A stretch of 64,000 nt of DNA. It comes from a virus. Its lineage: Duplodnaviria > Caudoviricetes. The position numbers were made by a program, and so were the translations under genes. Under the pieces are notes generated by a model that worked only from the letters and a program-made list of their open reading frames with translations, had not been told where the DNA came from and made no database searches. Location: the IMG/VR virus record IMGVR_UViG_3300021429_002418, positions 1,708 through 65,707 of that record; one strand, given 5' to 3'. Every line of letters begins with the position of its first letter. Positions within the stretch are counted from its first letter, which is position 1. Positions 35,085 through 45,863 of this stretch are shown here, one piece after another.

Positions 35085-36446
35085 ATGGAAGATACGGATG
35101 CACCAAATGGTGGTTTTTATTATCCACAAGATTTTAGTTTAGAAGCTGTAGATATAACTACAGATTCTGGAAATGTATATAAACTAAAATATCTTGTTGT
35201 TGAATTGTCTTTCTTTGAAGACATATACGCTTTTGCGTGTTCGGGCAATGTAGTATTGCGGGATGCTGTTGGCTTAATTGAAAAGCTTAAATTAGATGGT
35301 TCAGAAATAATTGAAATTACTTATGGTAAATCAAGTTCACAAAAAAAATCTGAAAAGAATTCTAGAAAATATAGACTGTATAAAATTGGTAACAGAAAGC
35401 CGTTAGGCAATAAAACAACAGAATTTTTTACAATGTATTTCTGTTCAGAAGAATTGTTTTTATCTGAACAAATAAAAATATCCAAATCTTTTAAGGGACA
35501 AACGATATCTAAAATTGTTGGTAGTATATTATCGGATACTAACAATGGTCTAAACGTAAACAGATCAAAAATACAAAAAATTGAAAATACTTATGGTGTT
35601 TATGATTTCGTTATACCAAAACTAAAACCACTTGAAGCCATTAGTTGGTTGTCTACATATGCTAGGCCAGAACGCCGAAGCGGTGCAGATTCAGGTGCAG
35701 ATATGTTGTTCTATGAAACTAATGATGGATTTTATTTTCAGTCATTACAATCTATGTTTACGGCGGCACCATATGCAACCTACAAATATCAACCATCCGA
35801 TTTAGATTTCAAAAATAGTTACGAAAATAATTTTAATATTATAGACTATGAATTTATCAAAACTTATGACACACTTGATGCAACAGCTTCTGGTATATAC
35901 GCAAATAGATTGATAAGTATTGATCCGTTGTTGAGAAAAAGGACTATTACCGATTTCAATAAAGACAAATTGACTGGTTACTCAAACTCTGGATCACCGA
36001 GTAATAGATTTGGTAAAAAATTAACGGATATGTATGATAGTTCGTTAAAACTTGCGTTTAGTAATTCCAATCAAATTAACGGGCCATATATAAAGCAAGG
36101 CGAAAGTCAAGTCGGAAAAGATATTTTTATAGAAACTTCTGTGCCAAATAGGTCAGCACAAATTGCTTTGTCTAACTACACAGTGATGAAAGCAATAATA
36201 CCTGGTGATAGTAACATAACAGCAGGAAGAACTGTTAATATTTTACTTTACTCATTACAATTTGGTGGCGATGCGGAGAATGCAACCCGAGCGCTCGATA
36301 CATATTTTTCTGGCATATATTTGGTGACAGCTGTTCGACACATCATACAAACACAAGGTGTATATCAAACAGTTTTGGAATTGGCAAAAGAAAGTTTGAA
36401 ATCTAGTTATGATACACAGGGAAATTCAGGAAGATTAAATGAATAA
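35085..36446 (+). CDS. baseplate hub protein (gp27/VgrG-like position)
   Basis: ELSFFEDIY...SGNVVLRD...G.E.I.I...LFYET..GFYF.S...GIYLVTAVRH; lies between gp53 and gp5. Confidence 0.65.
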   Translation: MEDTDAPNGGFYYPQDFSLEAVDITTDSGNVYKLKYLVVELSFFEDIYAFACSGNVVLRDAVGLIEKLKLDGSEIIEITYGKSSSQKKSEKNSRKYRLYKIGNRKPLGNKTTEFFTMYFCSEELFLSEQIKISKSFKGQTISKIVGSILSDTNNGLNVNRSKIQKIENTYGVYDFVIPKLKPLEAISWLSTYARPERRSGADSGADMLFYETNDGFYFQSLQSMFTAAPYATYKYQPSDLDFKNSYENNFNIIDYEFIKTYDTLDATASGIYANRLISIDPLLRKRTITDFNKDKLTGYSNSGSPSNRFGKKLTDMYDSSLKLAFSNSNQINGPYIKQGESQVGKDIFIETSVPNRSAQIALSNYTVMKAIIPGDSNITAGRTVNILLYSLQFGGDAENATRALDTYFSGIYLVTAVRHIIQTQGVYQTVLELAKESLKSSYDTQGNSGRLNE

Positions 36447-36732
36447 TTTTATTGGTAAAGATGGATTTATTTGGTGGGTTGGTGTTGTTGAAGACAGAGC
36501 CGACACACTGGCTTTAGGTAGGTGTAAGGTCCGCATATTCGGTTGGCATACAGACAATGTTATGGATTTACCGACTGGTGATTTACCTTGGGCTCTACCA
36601 ATATATCCAATAAATAATTCAAAATCGTTTTCAGCACCAAGAATTGGTGACTGGATAGTTGGTTTCTTTATGGATGGAGAATCCGCACAAGCACCTGTTA
36701 TGATGGGTGTTCTACCTGGAATACAAGCATAA
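36439..36732 (+). CDS. gp5: gp5 N-terminal OB-fold domain as a stand-alone gene
   Basis: WWVGVVEDR.D.L.LGRCKVRIFGWH...DLPWA...VGFFMDGE.AQ.P..MG.LPG. Confidence 0.9.
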   Translation: MNNFIGKDGFIWWVGVVEDRADTLALGRCKVRIFGWHTDNVMDLPTGDLPWALPIYPINNSKSFSAPRIGDWIVGFFMDGESAQAPVMMGVLPGIQA

Positions 36733-37532
36733 TGGCAACACATAGTTTACCTCGGACAAGTAATCAAAATCTGAGACCATTATTTACTAATGATGGTCCA
36801 ACATCTGGCAATCCAACAATACCAGCATTAGCTCGAGGCGTTCTTGCAGACACGATGATTGCATTTTCAAATAAAAACCTATCTCATGTTTGTGATTTTG
36901 TTGATGAAATGCGTAAAAATGTCGCATTGAAAAAGTTTCTTAAAGCTGTTGCGGATAAACTAAGAGATGGCATACGTGCAATTATGTTGGCTTTAGGAGC
37001 AAGTGATCTTACCGGTATGCTCGCTAAATATGTGGATCAATTGAAAACCGCAACTAGGTGGTTGAAACGAATACAGAAAGAAATAATACAACCAATTTTA
37101 GATTTTCAAAAATATGTTCTTGCTTTCATCACAAATATACGTGCAATAATTCAATGGATTCTTGGACTTCCTGCAAAATTTTTGGCTGTGTTGCGAGATT
37201 GCTTAAGTAGATTACTATTATTGATATCTAATGTGTTCAGTGATTTTTTTGTAGAATTAACAGCTGGTACCGATACCGGTTTGGGTGATCTAATTGCTGC
37301 AGGTAAAGAATTTGCTGAAGAAGCTTACCGAACTGTTAATCTGACTGCACAAATTGCGGTTGGCGCTGTTACTATTGTTAGTGCAGTTACAGTTGGTCTT
37401 TTAAATCCCGTAAGTGAATCTGAGTTAATAGACGCAAACAGAACAATTGATACATATGCAAGTACATTACCAACGGTAGAAAGTATTGCTGCATCTACAG
37501 CACCAGAAGATCAAAAGAAATCGGCACCTTAA
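36732..37532 (+). CDS. helical hypothetical protein between the two gp5 halves
   Basis: TAATG-coupled to gp5-N; PALARG linker-like start; amphipathic helices. Confidence 0.75.
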   Translation: MATHSLPRTSNQNLRPLFTNDGPTSGNPTIPALARGVLADTMIAFSNKNLSHVCDFVDEMRKNVALKKFLKAVADKLRDGIRAIMLALGASDLTGMLAKYVDQLKTATRWLKRIQKEIIQPILDFQKYVLAFITNIRAIIQWILGLPAKFLAVLRDCLSRLLLLISNVFSDFFVELTAGTDTGLGDLIAAGKEFAEEAYRTVNLTAQIAVGAVTIVSAVTVGLLNPVSESELIDANRTIDTYASTLPTVESIAASTAPEDQKKSAP

Positions 37533-37535
37533 AAT

Positions 37536-38402
37536 ATGAGTGATATAAAATTACCCCCAGCAGGTCAACAATGGACAGAACCGGAGTCTGCGGCCAATAC
37601 AGATTATCAGCCAACTTATCCATACAATAGTGTGACACAAACGGAATCAGGTCATACATTTGAGATGGATGACACACCGACCCGTGAACGCATACGATTG
37701 AACCATCGATCCGGAACATTTATTGAAATGCATCCTGATGGTGATGAAGTACACAAAGTTTATGGTGATGGTTACGAAATCATTGTTAAGAACAAAAATG
37801 TAAGAATTGTAGGAACCTGTAATCTATCTATAGAGGGTAATTACAATATTGATGTAAAAGGTGACATGAATGTACAGGTTGGTGGTGATTACACATCTCT
37901 CGTAAAAGGTAGAACCGACATGCGTTCTCGCGGAGACATTTCTATTTCAGGTGATGATGATGTTTCAATCAGTGCAAATGAAAATTTTGGAGGTGCTTTA
38001 CGATTATCTGCATGTGACCACTTTCATCTCGCTTCGGACTTGGTAGTTGCAGGTTCAATCAGTGCAGACATTATAACTTCTAAAACAAGGATAGATGCTC
38101 TTGGGGGCATATCTGCTGGCCCAGAAGGATTCGTGTCGGGTCTGGGAGGTTTATCCTTGGGATTTCCTACGCCGGCATCACCTATTGCAGTTCCTGGTTC
38201 TATTAATACAACAGGAGCAATCAATTCATTGACGGCAGTAAATGCACCACTGGCCAACTTCGGATTGGCAAAGATTGGTATTATGGATGCAGTTTTAATG
38301 ACAGATGTTATAAATTCAGCAGTTTTTAATGGCCACATACATCAATCTACAGGTCCATATTCACCAACCACACCTTCACTAATTCAATTCTTGAGTTTAT
38401 AA
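37536..38402 (+). CDS. gp5: gp5 C-terminal spike/beta-helix part
   Basis: YPYN.VTQTESGHTFEMDDTP..ERI...HRSGTFIEMHPDG; VxGxxxxxVxG repeats; C-terminal GHIH. Confidence 0.88.
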   Translation: MSDIKLPPAGQQWTEPESAANTDYQPTYPYNSVTQTESGHTFEMDDTPTRERIRLNHRSGTFIEMHPDGDEVHKVYGDGYEIIVKNKNVRIVGTCNLSIEGNYNIDVKGDMNVQVGGDYTSLVKGRTDMRSRGDISISGDDDVSISANENFGGALRLSACDHFHLASDLVVAGSISADIITSKTRIDALGGISAGPEGFVSGLGGLSLGFPTPASPIAVPGSINTTGAINSLTAVNAPLANFGLAKIGIMDAVLMTDVINSAVFNGHIHQSTGPYSPTTPSLIQFLSL

Positions 38403-38403
38403 T

Positions 38404-39207
38404 ATGACAACTGTAAATAATGCTTCCGGAATTTATGCATCTTTAGGTTACAACTTTGATGATCCTAATGATGCTATAACCACACTCTCAGCCGACACGC
38501 AAGCCCACTTGAATACTATGCCGGCCTTTATCACTACATGGCAGGCACAAGACATTGCTAACAATGATGTTGGTGGTTATTATCAGAATCCGATGCAGAC
38601 TAGTGCAATGTTGGTGAGAACCGCAGCAATAGAGTTATTTACTTTAGCGAATGGTGTGATAAATTTAGCAAATGTGGCTAATACTTCATGGGCACTATCA
38701 AATACCGCAAATTCATTCCTAGCACATACTAATAGAATTTCGGGTGTAACAGCATTTGCAGGTGACAATACAGTACCACATTTAGATATGGCTATGAGTG
38801 CTGGTAAAACTGCACTGTATATTACAAATCAAACTGATGGCATAATTGACACCTCTCCAATTTTAGGAAGTTTCACCAGCCTTTTTATTAAACCACAATT
38901 AGATGCAAATACACAAACATTGATACAAATCATATCAAATTTGAATATAGCGAACACAATCTCAAACACACAACCATACACATCGAATCTGGCCGGCTCG
39001 CTTGCACAGAACGTAAATTCTTTTATGGCTCAAATCAATACTTTTATGACTTATAGACAAACTAGTGATGTATCATACTATCAAAACTTGACGGCATTCA
39101 TTGAAAAATACAATCAAACGAAAAGGTTCAATAATATGGGTCAGTCGGAGAACTATCTTGTGATGAATTACATCGGTACCGACAAACTAAAGACTAGAAT
39201 CTCATAA
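38404..39207 (+). CDS. hypothetical baseplate-region protein
   Basis: 267 aa ORF between gp5 and gp25. Confidence 0.75.
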   Translation: MTTVNNASGIYASLGYNFDDPNDAITTLSADTQAHLNTMPAFITTWQAQDIANNDVGGYYQNPMQTSAMLVRTAAIELFTLANGVINLANVANTSWALSNTANSFLAHTNRISGVTAFAGDNTVPHLDMAMSAGKTALYITNQTDGIIDTSPILGSFTSLFIKPQLDANTQTLIQIISNLNIANTISNTQPYTSNLAGSLAQNVNSFMAQINTFMTYRQTSDVSYYQNLTAFIEKYNQTKRFNNMGQSENYLVMNYIGTDKLKTRIS

Positions 39208-39292
39208 TTGCCGAAATTTTCGAAATTTTCGTTCCGGCCTAAGAATTTTTTGCGAGAGCTTCAAAAGTTCAATAAAGCGCTTTACTCCTACA

Positions 39293-39300
39293 CATAAATA
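39293..39300 (+). promoter_or_regulatory. late promoter box CATAAATA 4 nt upstream of the gp25 ATG
   Basis: CATAAATA-AAAG-ATG. Confidence 0.65.
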
Positions 39301-39304
39301 AAAG

Positions 39305-39697
39305 ATGGCAACATTACAAAAGATTTATTCGGACATAGATTTCACACTCGCAAAGAGACCTGCGGTGGGTGATATTGCTTTGAGTTATGATTCCCAAGCA
39401 ATTATACGTTCAATAAGAAATATATTACTCACAAAGAGGTATGAAAAGTTGTTCGATCCACAGTTTGGGTCAAATATAGACGCTTTGTTGTTTGAAAACA
39501 TATCTAGCATTACAGCTTCTGCTTTAGAAAAAGAAATTTCTTTTGCACTGACGAATTATGAACCTAGGGTGAGTATTCAAAGTGTTGTTGTTTCGTCTTT
39601 TCCAGAAAAAAATGGTTACAGTGTGACTTTAACTTTTTACCTGATAAATGCAACGCAACCAACTACAGTAACAGTCTTTTTAGAGAGAAACAGATAA
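39305..39697 (+). CDS. gp25: baseplate wedge subunit
   Basis: YSDID...AIIRSIRNILLT...EKLFDPQFGS.I..LLFE...NYEPRV. Confidence 0.93.
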   Translation: MATLQKIYSDIDFTLAKRPAVGDIALSYDSQAIIRSIRNILLTKRYEKLFDPQFGSNIDALLFENISSITASALEKEISFALTNYEPRVSIQSVVVSSFPEKNGYSVTLTFYLINATQPTTVTVFLERNR

Positions 39698-39698
39698 A

Positions 39699-41777
39699 AT
39701 GGCAGGTGCTAATTCAAATTTCAACATAACCGAACTTGATTTTAATAATATTAAAACCAGTTTGAAGAATTATATGAAGGACAATGGCGTTCTTCAAGAC
39801 TATAATTATGAAGGCTCTGCAATATCCACATTGTTGGATGTTTTGGCGTACAACACTCAATACAATGCATACTATTTAAATATGGTAGCTAACGAGATGT
39901 TTTTAGACACCGCGTTACAAAGAAATTCTGTAGTTTCACAAGCAAAATTGTTAAACTACATACCAAAATCTGCACTTGCACCATCTGCAAGCATCAATAT
40001 AAGAGTAAATGGTGTTACGGATACATCTCTGACATTACCAAAATACACAAACTTTTTATCTGAAGCCATCGATGGTGTGAATTACAATTTTGTTAACACA
40101 GATGCAACTACAGTGAATGTTGTAAACGGTGTTGCAAATTTTACAGATATAACACTGAAGGAAGGTACGGCCAGTAACTATTCATATTTGGTTGATGGTG
40201 GAAACACTACACAAAAATTTAAATTACCTGAACTGAATGTAGATACAACCACATTGTTAGTTTCTGTACAGGAATCAACATCAAACAATTACACCAGAAC
40301 ATTCACATCAGCAGCAAACTATCTTACATTAAATAACTCCTCTGAAGTATATTTCTTGCAAGAAGGTATGAACGGTTACTTTGAGATATATTTTGGTAAC
40401 AATATTTTAGGTAAAAAATTAAATGATGGTAACATTGTAAGAGTTTCGTACATTACAACCGGAGGAACAAACGCATCTGGTGCAAACAATTTTGTATTAA
40501 TGAATACGATAAATGGTTATTCGAACACAGTTCTGACACCTATAACCTCTGCTTCTCAAGGTGCATTGAGAGAAACACTGGATTCTATCCGTTTACAAGC
40601 ACCAAAATCATATTCAGCACAAGGGCGTGCTGTTACCAAAGATGATTATATTACCGCAATTCAACAGAATAATTTAGGGTATTCATTTGATGCAGTAAAT
40701 GTTTGGGGTGGGCAAGAGAATGATCCTCCAGTTTACGGGCAAGTATTTGTGAGTATGAAACCAACCGGTGCATACGTAATGACACAAAACCAGAAGGTGA
40801 AATTGGTCAAAGATGTTCTCAGACCAATATCTATGATGACGATTGAACCAACTATTGTTGATCCTGATTACACATACATTCAAATAACTGCAAATGTGTT
40901 ATATGATCCTAAAAAGACAACATCAACCGCAGCGCAAATTAAATCTGCTGTAAGAACAACTATCAATAACTTTGCAAAAACAACTCTGAACACTTTCAAT
41001 TCAACGTTTAAGTCTTCAGAATTCAACAACAGAATTAATTTGGTAGATTCATCTATCATAACAAATGAAATTTCTATACACCTGCAAAAGAAATTTTATC
41101 CAAATCTAAGTACACCAACAACATATAAACTATATTACGGTGCACCTTTGGCCAAAGGTATGTTTTTAAGTGGTATATTGAGTTCTCCAACCATTGTGTA
41201 TAGAAATCCACTGAATCTGGCACAAACTATTGAAGGTTTATATATTGAAGAAGTTCCTTCCTCAACAGGTGGCATTGAGAGTATCACGGTTACTAATCCT
41301 GGTTTTGGTTATCAGTATCCACCAACAATTGAAATCTTAGGTGATGGCTCTGGCGCAACGGCTGAGGCAGTGATTACAACCAATGGTGTTATTCGGTCAA
41401 TAAATGTATTAACTCCAGGTACAAACTATACATCAGCAATAATCAAGATTACAAATTCAAGTGGAGACACCACAGGTTCTCTTGCGGCTGCGACTGCATC
41501 ACTTGAAGGTCGATATGGAACACTAAGAACATACTTTAATGACACATTAAATGTGAAAACTATTTTTAATAGTAATGTAGGTACAGTTGACTATAACCTA
41601 GGTATAGTAACATTGAATGCACTCTCTCCAATAAGTGTTGATAATGAATTAGGACAACTAACTCTGTCTGCTAATCCAACATCAACAATTGTGTCATCAT
41701 CTTTCAACAGAATAATTACAGTTGATGAGTTTGATCCACAGGCTATCATTGTAAATGTAACTGCTAAAACAACATGA
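39699..41777 (+). CDS. gp6: baseplate wedge subunit
   Basis: TELDFNNIK.SLK...DYNYEGS..S.LLDVLAYNT.YNA.YLNM.ANE.FLDTA..R.SVVS; RAVT.DDY. Confidence 0.95.
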   Translation: MAGANSNFNITELDFNNIKTSLKNYMKDNGVLQDYNYEGSAISTLLDVLAYNTQYNAYYLNMVANEMFLDTALQRNSVVSQAKLLNYIPKSALAPSASINIRVNGVTDTSLTLPKYTNFLSEAIDGVNYNFVNTDATTVNVVNGVANFTDITLKEGTASNYSYLVDGGNTTQKFKLPELNVDTTTLLVSVQESTSNNYTRTFTSAANYLTLNNSSEVYFLQEGMNGYFEIYFGNNILGKKLNDGNIVRVSYITTGGTNASGANNFVLMNTINGYSNTVLTPITSASQGALRETLDSIRLQAPKSYSAQGRAVTKDDYITAIQQNNLGYSFDAVNVWGGQENDPPVYGQVFVSMKPTGAYVMTQNQKVKLVKDVLRPISMMTIEPTIVDPDYTYIQITANVLYDPKKTTSTAAQIKSAVRTTINNFAKTTLNTFNSTFKSSEFNNRINLVDSSIITNEISIHLQKKFYPNLSTPTTYKLYYGAPLAKGMFLSGILSSPTIVYRNPLNLAQTIEGLYIEEVPSSTGGIESITVTNPGFGYQYPPTIEILGDGSGATAEAVITTNGVIRSINVLTPGTNYTSAIIKITNSSGDTTGSLAAATASLEGRYGTLRTYFNDTLNVKTIFNSNVGTVDYNLGIVTLNALSPISVDNELGQLTLSANPTSTIVSSSFNRIITVDEFDPQAIIVNVTAKTT

Positions 41778-44700
41778 TAGAAACCGGACACTTAACCTCC
41801 GCACTGGTGCAGAATCAGTTACCGGAACACATTCGGGATAATCCGGAGTACAGTAATTTCCATGAGTTCCTACAAGCATATTACCAATGGATGGAACAAA
41901 CAGGTAAGGTTTCGGATAGGTCACAGAATTTATTAAATTATAAAGACATTGATTCTACAACGAATGAATTTCTGGACTATTTTACAAACGAATTTCTGCC
42001 ATTTTTTCCAAAAGATACTCTATTAAGTAAACAGGAATCTATTAAAGTTGCAAGACAATTGTACCAGACAAAAGGTACACCAGCATCTTATGAGTTTCTC
42101 TTTCGTATACTATTTAACTCTGAGTTTGAAGTTTTCAATACAAAAGATGCGGTATTTAAAGCCTCAGCCGGAACATGGTACATTGCCAGAAGTTTAAAGT
42201 TAGCTTCAAGTAACAGAAAATTCTTAGATACACAAAATCTAAGAGTTTTTGGTGAAGAATCTAAATCAATCGCAACGATTGAAAGTTGTGTATTATCTGG
42301 TGATAAAACCGAAATCTTCATTTCAAATATCGAAAGACTATTTGAATCTGGTGAATTTGTTCGCATTGTTGACAGCAATAACCAAGATGTTGAGTTTGAT
42401 GGTGAAATACTAAGAGCTAAAGTTGTTGGTCAAATCAGTCAGATTAAAATTGATACTGTTCGTAGAGGTTCATTGTATCAACCGGGTGATCCTGTTGTTG
42501 TTTATGGTGGTATAGAAGATACTGTCAATGGTATTGGTGCATCAGCTATCATTGGTGATACAACCAAAGGAGCAATACAACGTATCAATGTGGTTGAGGG
42601 TGGTTTTGGTTACAGTTTAAAACCAAATACCACAATAAGAATATTAAATGCTGGTGGTGCTAAGGCCAATGTTGGTTCTCTGGCATTCTTCCTACCCCCA
42701 TCATACAGAATTGTCAGTGCGGGCCAAGGCTATAAAATAAATGATAGAATAAACTATGATGATGCAGCATTCGCATATGTTTCTGGTGTAAGTGCTAATG
42801 GGTCAATCACAAGTATAAAATATGTCCCTTCCGTAAATGCACAAGCGATTGTTGGACTCACTGGTGTTGTAGTATCTTCAAATGCTTTGGCATCAGGTGC
42901 TGTTATAACAACATCATCAGCTATAGGTAATGCAAGGTCTAATGTAAGTTTTCTACCAACGGATGTTATTGGATTTAAAAGTAATACAATATTAAGCAAT
43001 GCTAATTTTCTTTTTGCTAATTTAGCCAGTGCAAATGCAAACACAAGACTCATTGAAGCTCTTTCTTTTATCACACTTGAAACCGGACCAATCTTTAACA
43101 TAGTTGTAGAGAATGGTGGCGGCGGATTAGCAACTATACCAGAGATTGAAGTCACATCAACATACTATACCGAAGATGAATTTAATGAATATGAAGCTTC
43201 AAACTCAGACATTACGCCGTTGGGTATATTAGCCCCAGTGCAGGTAATCCGAGGTGGCGGTGGATATGCAGCCAATGATAAGATTGTGTTTACTGGTGGA
43301 TCAGGCACAGGTGCATTTGCAAATGTTACCTCGGTTGGTTCCAATGGCGCCATCACCGGCATAACCTATGTGTTTAATTCATTGGATCAGTTTGCAAAAA
43401 CGCCACTGGGTGGTATGGGTTATAAGAATGAATATCTACCAACGGCAACTGTAGTTTCATCAAATGCTTCTGCATCTGGAGCAGTACTATCGGTACCAGG
43501 TATACTGGGAACCGGTGCAACATTCTCCTTGGTTGTTGATAGAGTTGGTTCTATCACAACAATCGAGGTTTTAAATTATGGTGAAGATTATGAAGCTAAA
43601 CCACAAGTTTCGTTGCAAGTACAGGACATAGTAGTTTCAAATGTTGCAATTCAAAACTTGCCAATTAAAGGTGAATATATCTATCAGGGTCCTACTATCA
43701 ATCTGTCTTCATATGCAGCTGTAGTTAATTCTGTTTCTCTGTTGGCACCTGATGCAAACACACAGTTATCATTGTACAATCTGCAAGTGTTTAATTATAA
43801 TGCAAATCCAAATCCAGATTTACAGCTAAAAATTGTGGGTGACACTAGAAATATTAACTTGAAAATGGCCAACTCGGCTTTTCCACAGTTTCAAAAATCG
43901 TATCGATATTTTGATTCATTGGGCAACCAAACAATTTTTACAAGAGATTATAACAAACAAGGTTACATCTCATATGGTGATGGTTCGGCCAAGGCAAATG
44001 CAACCTTCTTAAATGGTTTGGTGATCGGTGAAGGTCAATATCTAACGACTCAGGGACAACCAAGTTCGTTTGACATTATGCAGGACAAAAGATTCAACAA
44101 TTTCACTTACTTAATTACCGTTGAGAAAGAAATTGCAAAGTATAGAGATGTTCTACTGGGGCTATTGCATCCATTAGGCACAAATGTCTTAGGTCGTTAT
44201 GGTTTAAAATCAAATAATAGCGTAGATTACCATACATATTCAGCACTAAATGATGGAAGAAACTTATCTTATCACCTTGGCGGAGATGTTTCTAATGCTG
44301 TGAGCATTGTGACAACATTTACGAATAGAAGCAACAACATAATTAAATTCAACAATTTGTTAGGTGCAAATCTGGCGAACATATTCACTGCAAATGTGAG
44401 TTCGATTCAAATTTCCACAAAAAATGGTCCGAATGTTTACTCTGAGGTTGTCTCTGTTAGTACTGCTGCAAACACAATCACTCTTGCGAGTAATGTATGG
44501 TTGACATATTCAAATGTTGCCACAGTTACAGGCAATACTGGTTCCAATACACTAAATATTACATCGTTAACAGGTCTATATGACTTGATGAACAACGGAC
44601 AATATACAGATGCAGATTATCCAATAAGAGATATTGTTTTTGTGGGTGACTCGGTTCTAGTTGATAATAATGCAAGCAAAATTGTTAACCAGATTGATTA

Positions 44701-44911
44701 TGTGAATGGTAAAATATACTTAACAGCCAATTTATCATCAACTACAAATTCGTATCTACAAGTTATCAGAAACTTTATTGCAAACAGTTCAACATCATCA
44801 AGTCAAATTAAGGTATATGGATCGGTTGGTCTATCATATATACCAGAACTCATCACACAGTCCGGACAAACTTTAAAAACAGAAGACGGAAAACTAATCC
44901 TATTGGGGTAA
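41774..44911 (+). CDS. gp7: baseplate wedge initiator, gp7-like
   Basis: QLPEHIRD...F.EFL.AYY.WME...KGT..SY..LFR.LF; FTY...Y...L..L.HP.G; follows gp6. Confidence 0.7.
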   Translation: MIETGHLTSALVQNQLPEHIRDNPEYSNFHEFLQAYYQWMEQTGKVSDRSQNLLNYKDIDSTTNEFLDYFTNEFLPFFPKDTLLSKQESIKVARQLYQTKGTPASYEFLFRILFNSEFEVFNTKDAVFKASAGTWYIARSLKLASSNRKFLDTQNLRVFGEESKSIATIESCVLSGDKTEIFISNIERLFESGEFVRIVDSNNQDVEFDGEILRAKVVGQISQIKIDTVRRGSLYQPGDPVVVYGGIEDTVNGIGASAIIGDTTKGAIQRINVVEGGFGYSLKPNTTIRILNAGGAKANVGSLAFFLPPSYRIVSAGQGYKINDRINYDDAAFAYVSGVSANGSITSIKYVPSVNAQAIVGLTGVVVSSNALASGAVITTSSAIGNARSNVSFLPTDVIGFKSNTILSNANFLFANLASANANTRLIEALSFITLETGPIFNIVVENGGGGLATIPEIEVTSTYYTEDEFNEYEASNSDITPLGILAPVQVIRGGGGYAANDKIVFTGGSGTGAFANVTSVGSNGAITGITYVFNSLDQFAKTPLGGMGYKNEYLPTATVVSSNASASGAVLSVPGILGTGATFSLVVDRVGSITTIEVLNYGEDYEAKPQVSLQVQDIVVSNVAIQNLPIKGEYIYQGPTINLSSYAAVVNSVSLLAPDANTQLSLYNLQVFNYNANPNPDLQLKIVGDTRNINLKMANSAFPQFQKSYRYFDSLGNQTIFTRDYNKQGYISYGDGSAKANATFLNGLVIGEGQYLTTQGQPSSFDIMQDKRFNNFTYLITVEKEIAKYRDVLLGLLHPLGTNVLGRYGLKSNNSVDYHTYSALNDGRNLSYHLGGDVSNAVSIVTTFTNRSNNIIKFNNLLGANLANIFTANVSSIQISTKNGPNVYSEVVSVSTAANTITLASNVWLTYSNVATVTGNTGSNTLNITSLTGLYDLMNNGQYTDADYPIRDIVFVGDSVLVDNNASKIVNQIDYVNGKIYLTANLSSTTNSYLQVIRNFIANSSTSSSQIKVYGSVGLSYIPELITQSGQTLKTEDGKLILLG

Positions 44912-44914
44912 ACA

Positions 44915-45853
44915 ATGTCAACAGTAAAAATTTCGCAACTACCAAATCTAATTAACTTAGATGCAAACACATCAAATACAATATTGATTGGTGTGAATGT
45001 TTCATCTTGTGTTACCTCACAATTTACCATACAAACCTTATCAGCAAGTCTCTATGCCAACAACACATTAAATGTTGGTAATATTATCTTTACTGACGGC
45101 ACTTCCCAAAATACTTCTTCACTATCAGCTCGGGTGTATGCAAATGGTGCTTTCATTCAGTCTAATGCTGCGTTCTTACAGGCAAATACCACATCAGGTG
45201 TTGCAAATTCAGCCGCACTGTATGCAAATGGTGCTTTTATACAAGCCAATACACCATCGTCAACAGCAAACTCAGCAGCACTTTATGCCAATAGTGCATT
45301 CATTAAAGCCAATACACCACCAGCAATTGCAAATTCAGCCGCACTATATGCGAATGCCGCTTTCATACAAGCTAATACACCACCAGCAATAGCAAACTCT
45401 GCGGCATTGTATGCCAATGGTTCATTTGTACAGGCCAATGCAGCATTTATTAAAGCAAACAATGCATTAGCAAATACAACAGGTCTGCTTGCTGGTAATC
45501 TAACTGTCACCGGTACTACTACTGCACAAAAAGGTTTTGTATACACAACAAAAGTATTTCCTGGCGCACAGACTGCTATAACCATCGATATAACAAATGA
45601 TTCGGTAGTAAGAGCACAAACCGCAGCAGGTTTAACAGTAACAGTATCGAATTTATTATCTGGTAAAGAAGTTTCCCTCTGGATAACAAACACATCAGGT
45701 AGTAATCAAACATTTACACACGGTTTACCAGCAATACAATCAACCGCCAACGCAACAACATATGCTATTCCATCCACATCAACAATTTGTGCGAAATATA
45801 TGTGTTTTGATGAAACATCTCAGAATAGTTTTGTATCCATTATACACGCATAA
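44915..45853 (+). CDS. virion structural/fibre protein with ANSAALYAN.AFIQANT repeats
   Basis: tandem heptad-type repeats at about 45130-45470. Confidence 0.75.
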   Translation: MSTVKISQLPNLINLDANTSNTILIGVNVSSCVTSQFTIQTLSASLYANNTLNVGNIIFTDGTSQNTSSLSARVYANGAFIQSNAAFLQANTTSGVANSAALYANGAFIQANTPSSTANSAALYANSAFIKANTPPAIANSAALYANAAFIQANTPPAIANSAALYANGSFVQANAAFIKANNALANTTGLLAGNLTVTGTTTAQKGFVYTTKVFPGAQTAITIDITNDSVVRAQTAAGLTVTVSNLLSGKEVSLWITNTSGSNQTFTHGLPAIQSTANATTYAIPSTSTICAKYMCFDETSQNSFVSIIHA

Positions 45854-45859
45854 TAAATA
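45852..45859 (+). promoter_or_regulatory. late promoter box AATAAATA 4 nt upstream of the gp8 ATG
   Basis: AATAAATA-AACC-ATG. Confidence 0.6.
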
Positions 45860-45863
45860 AACC

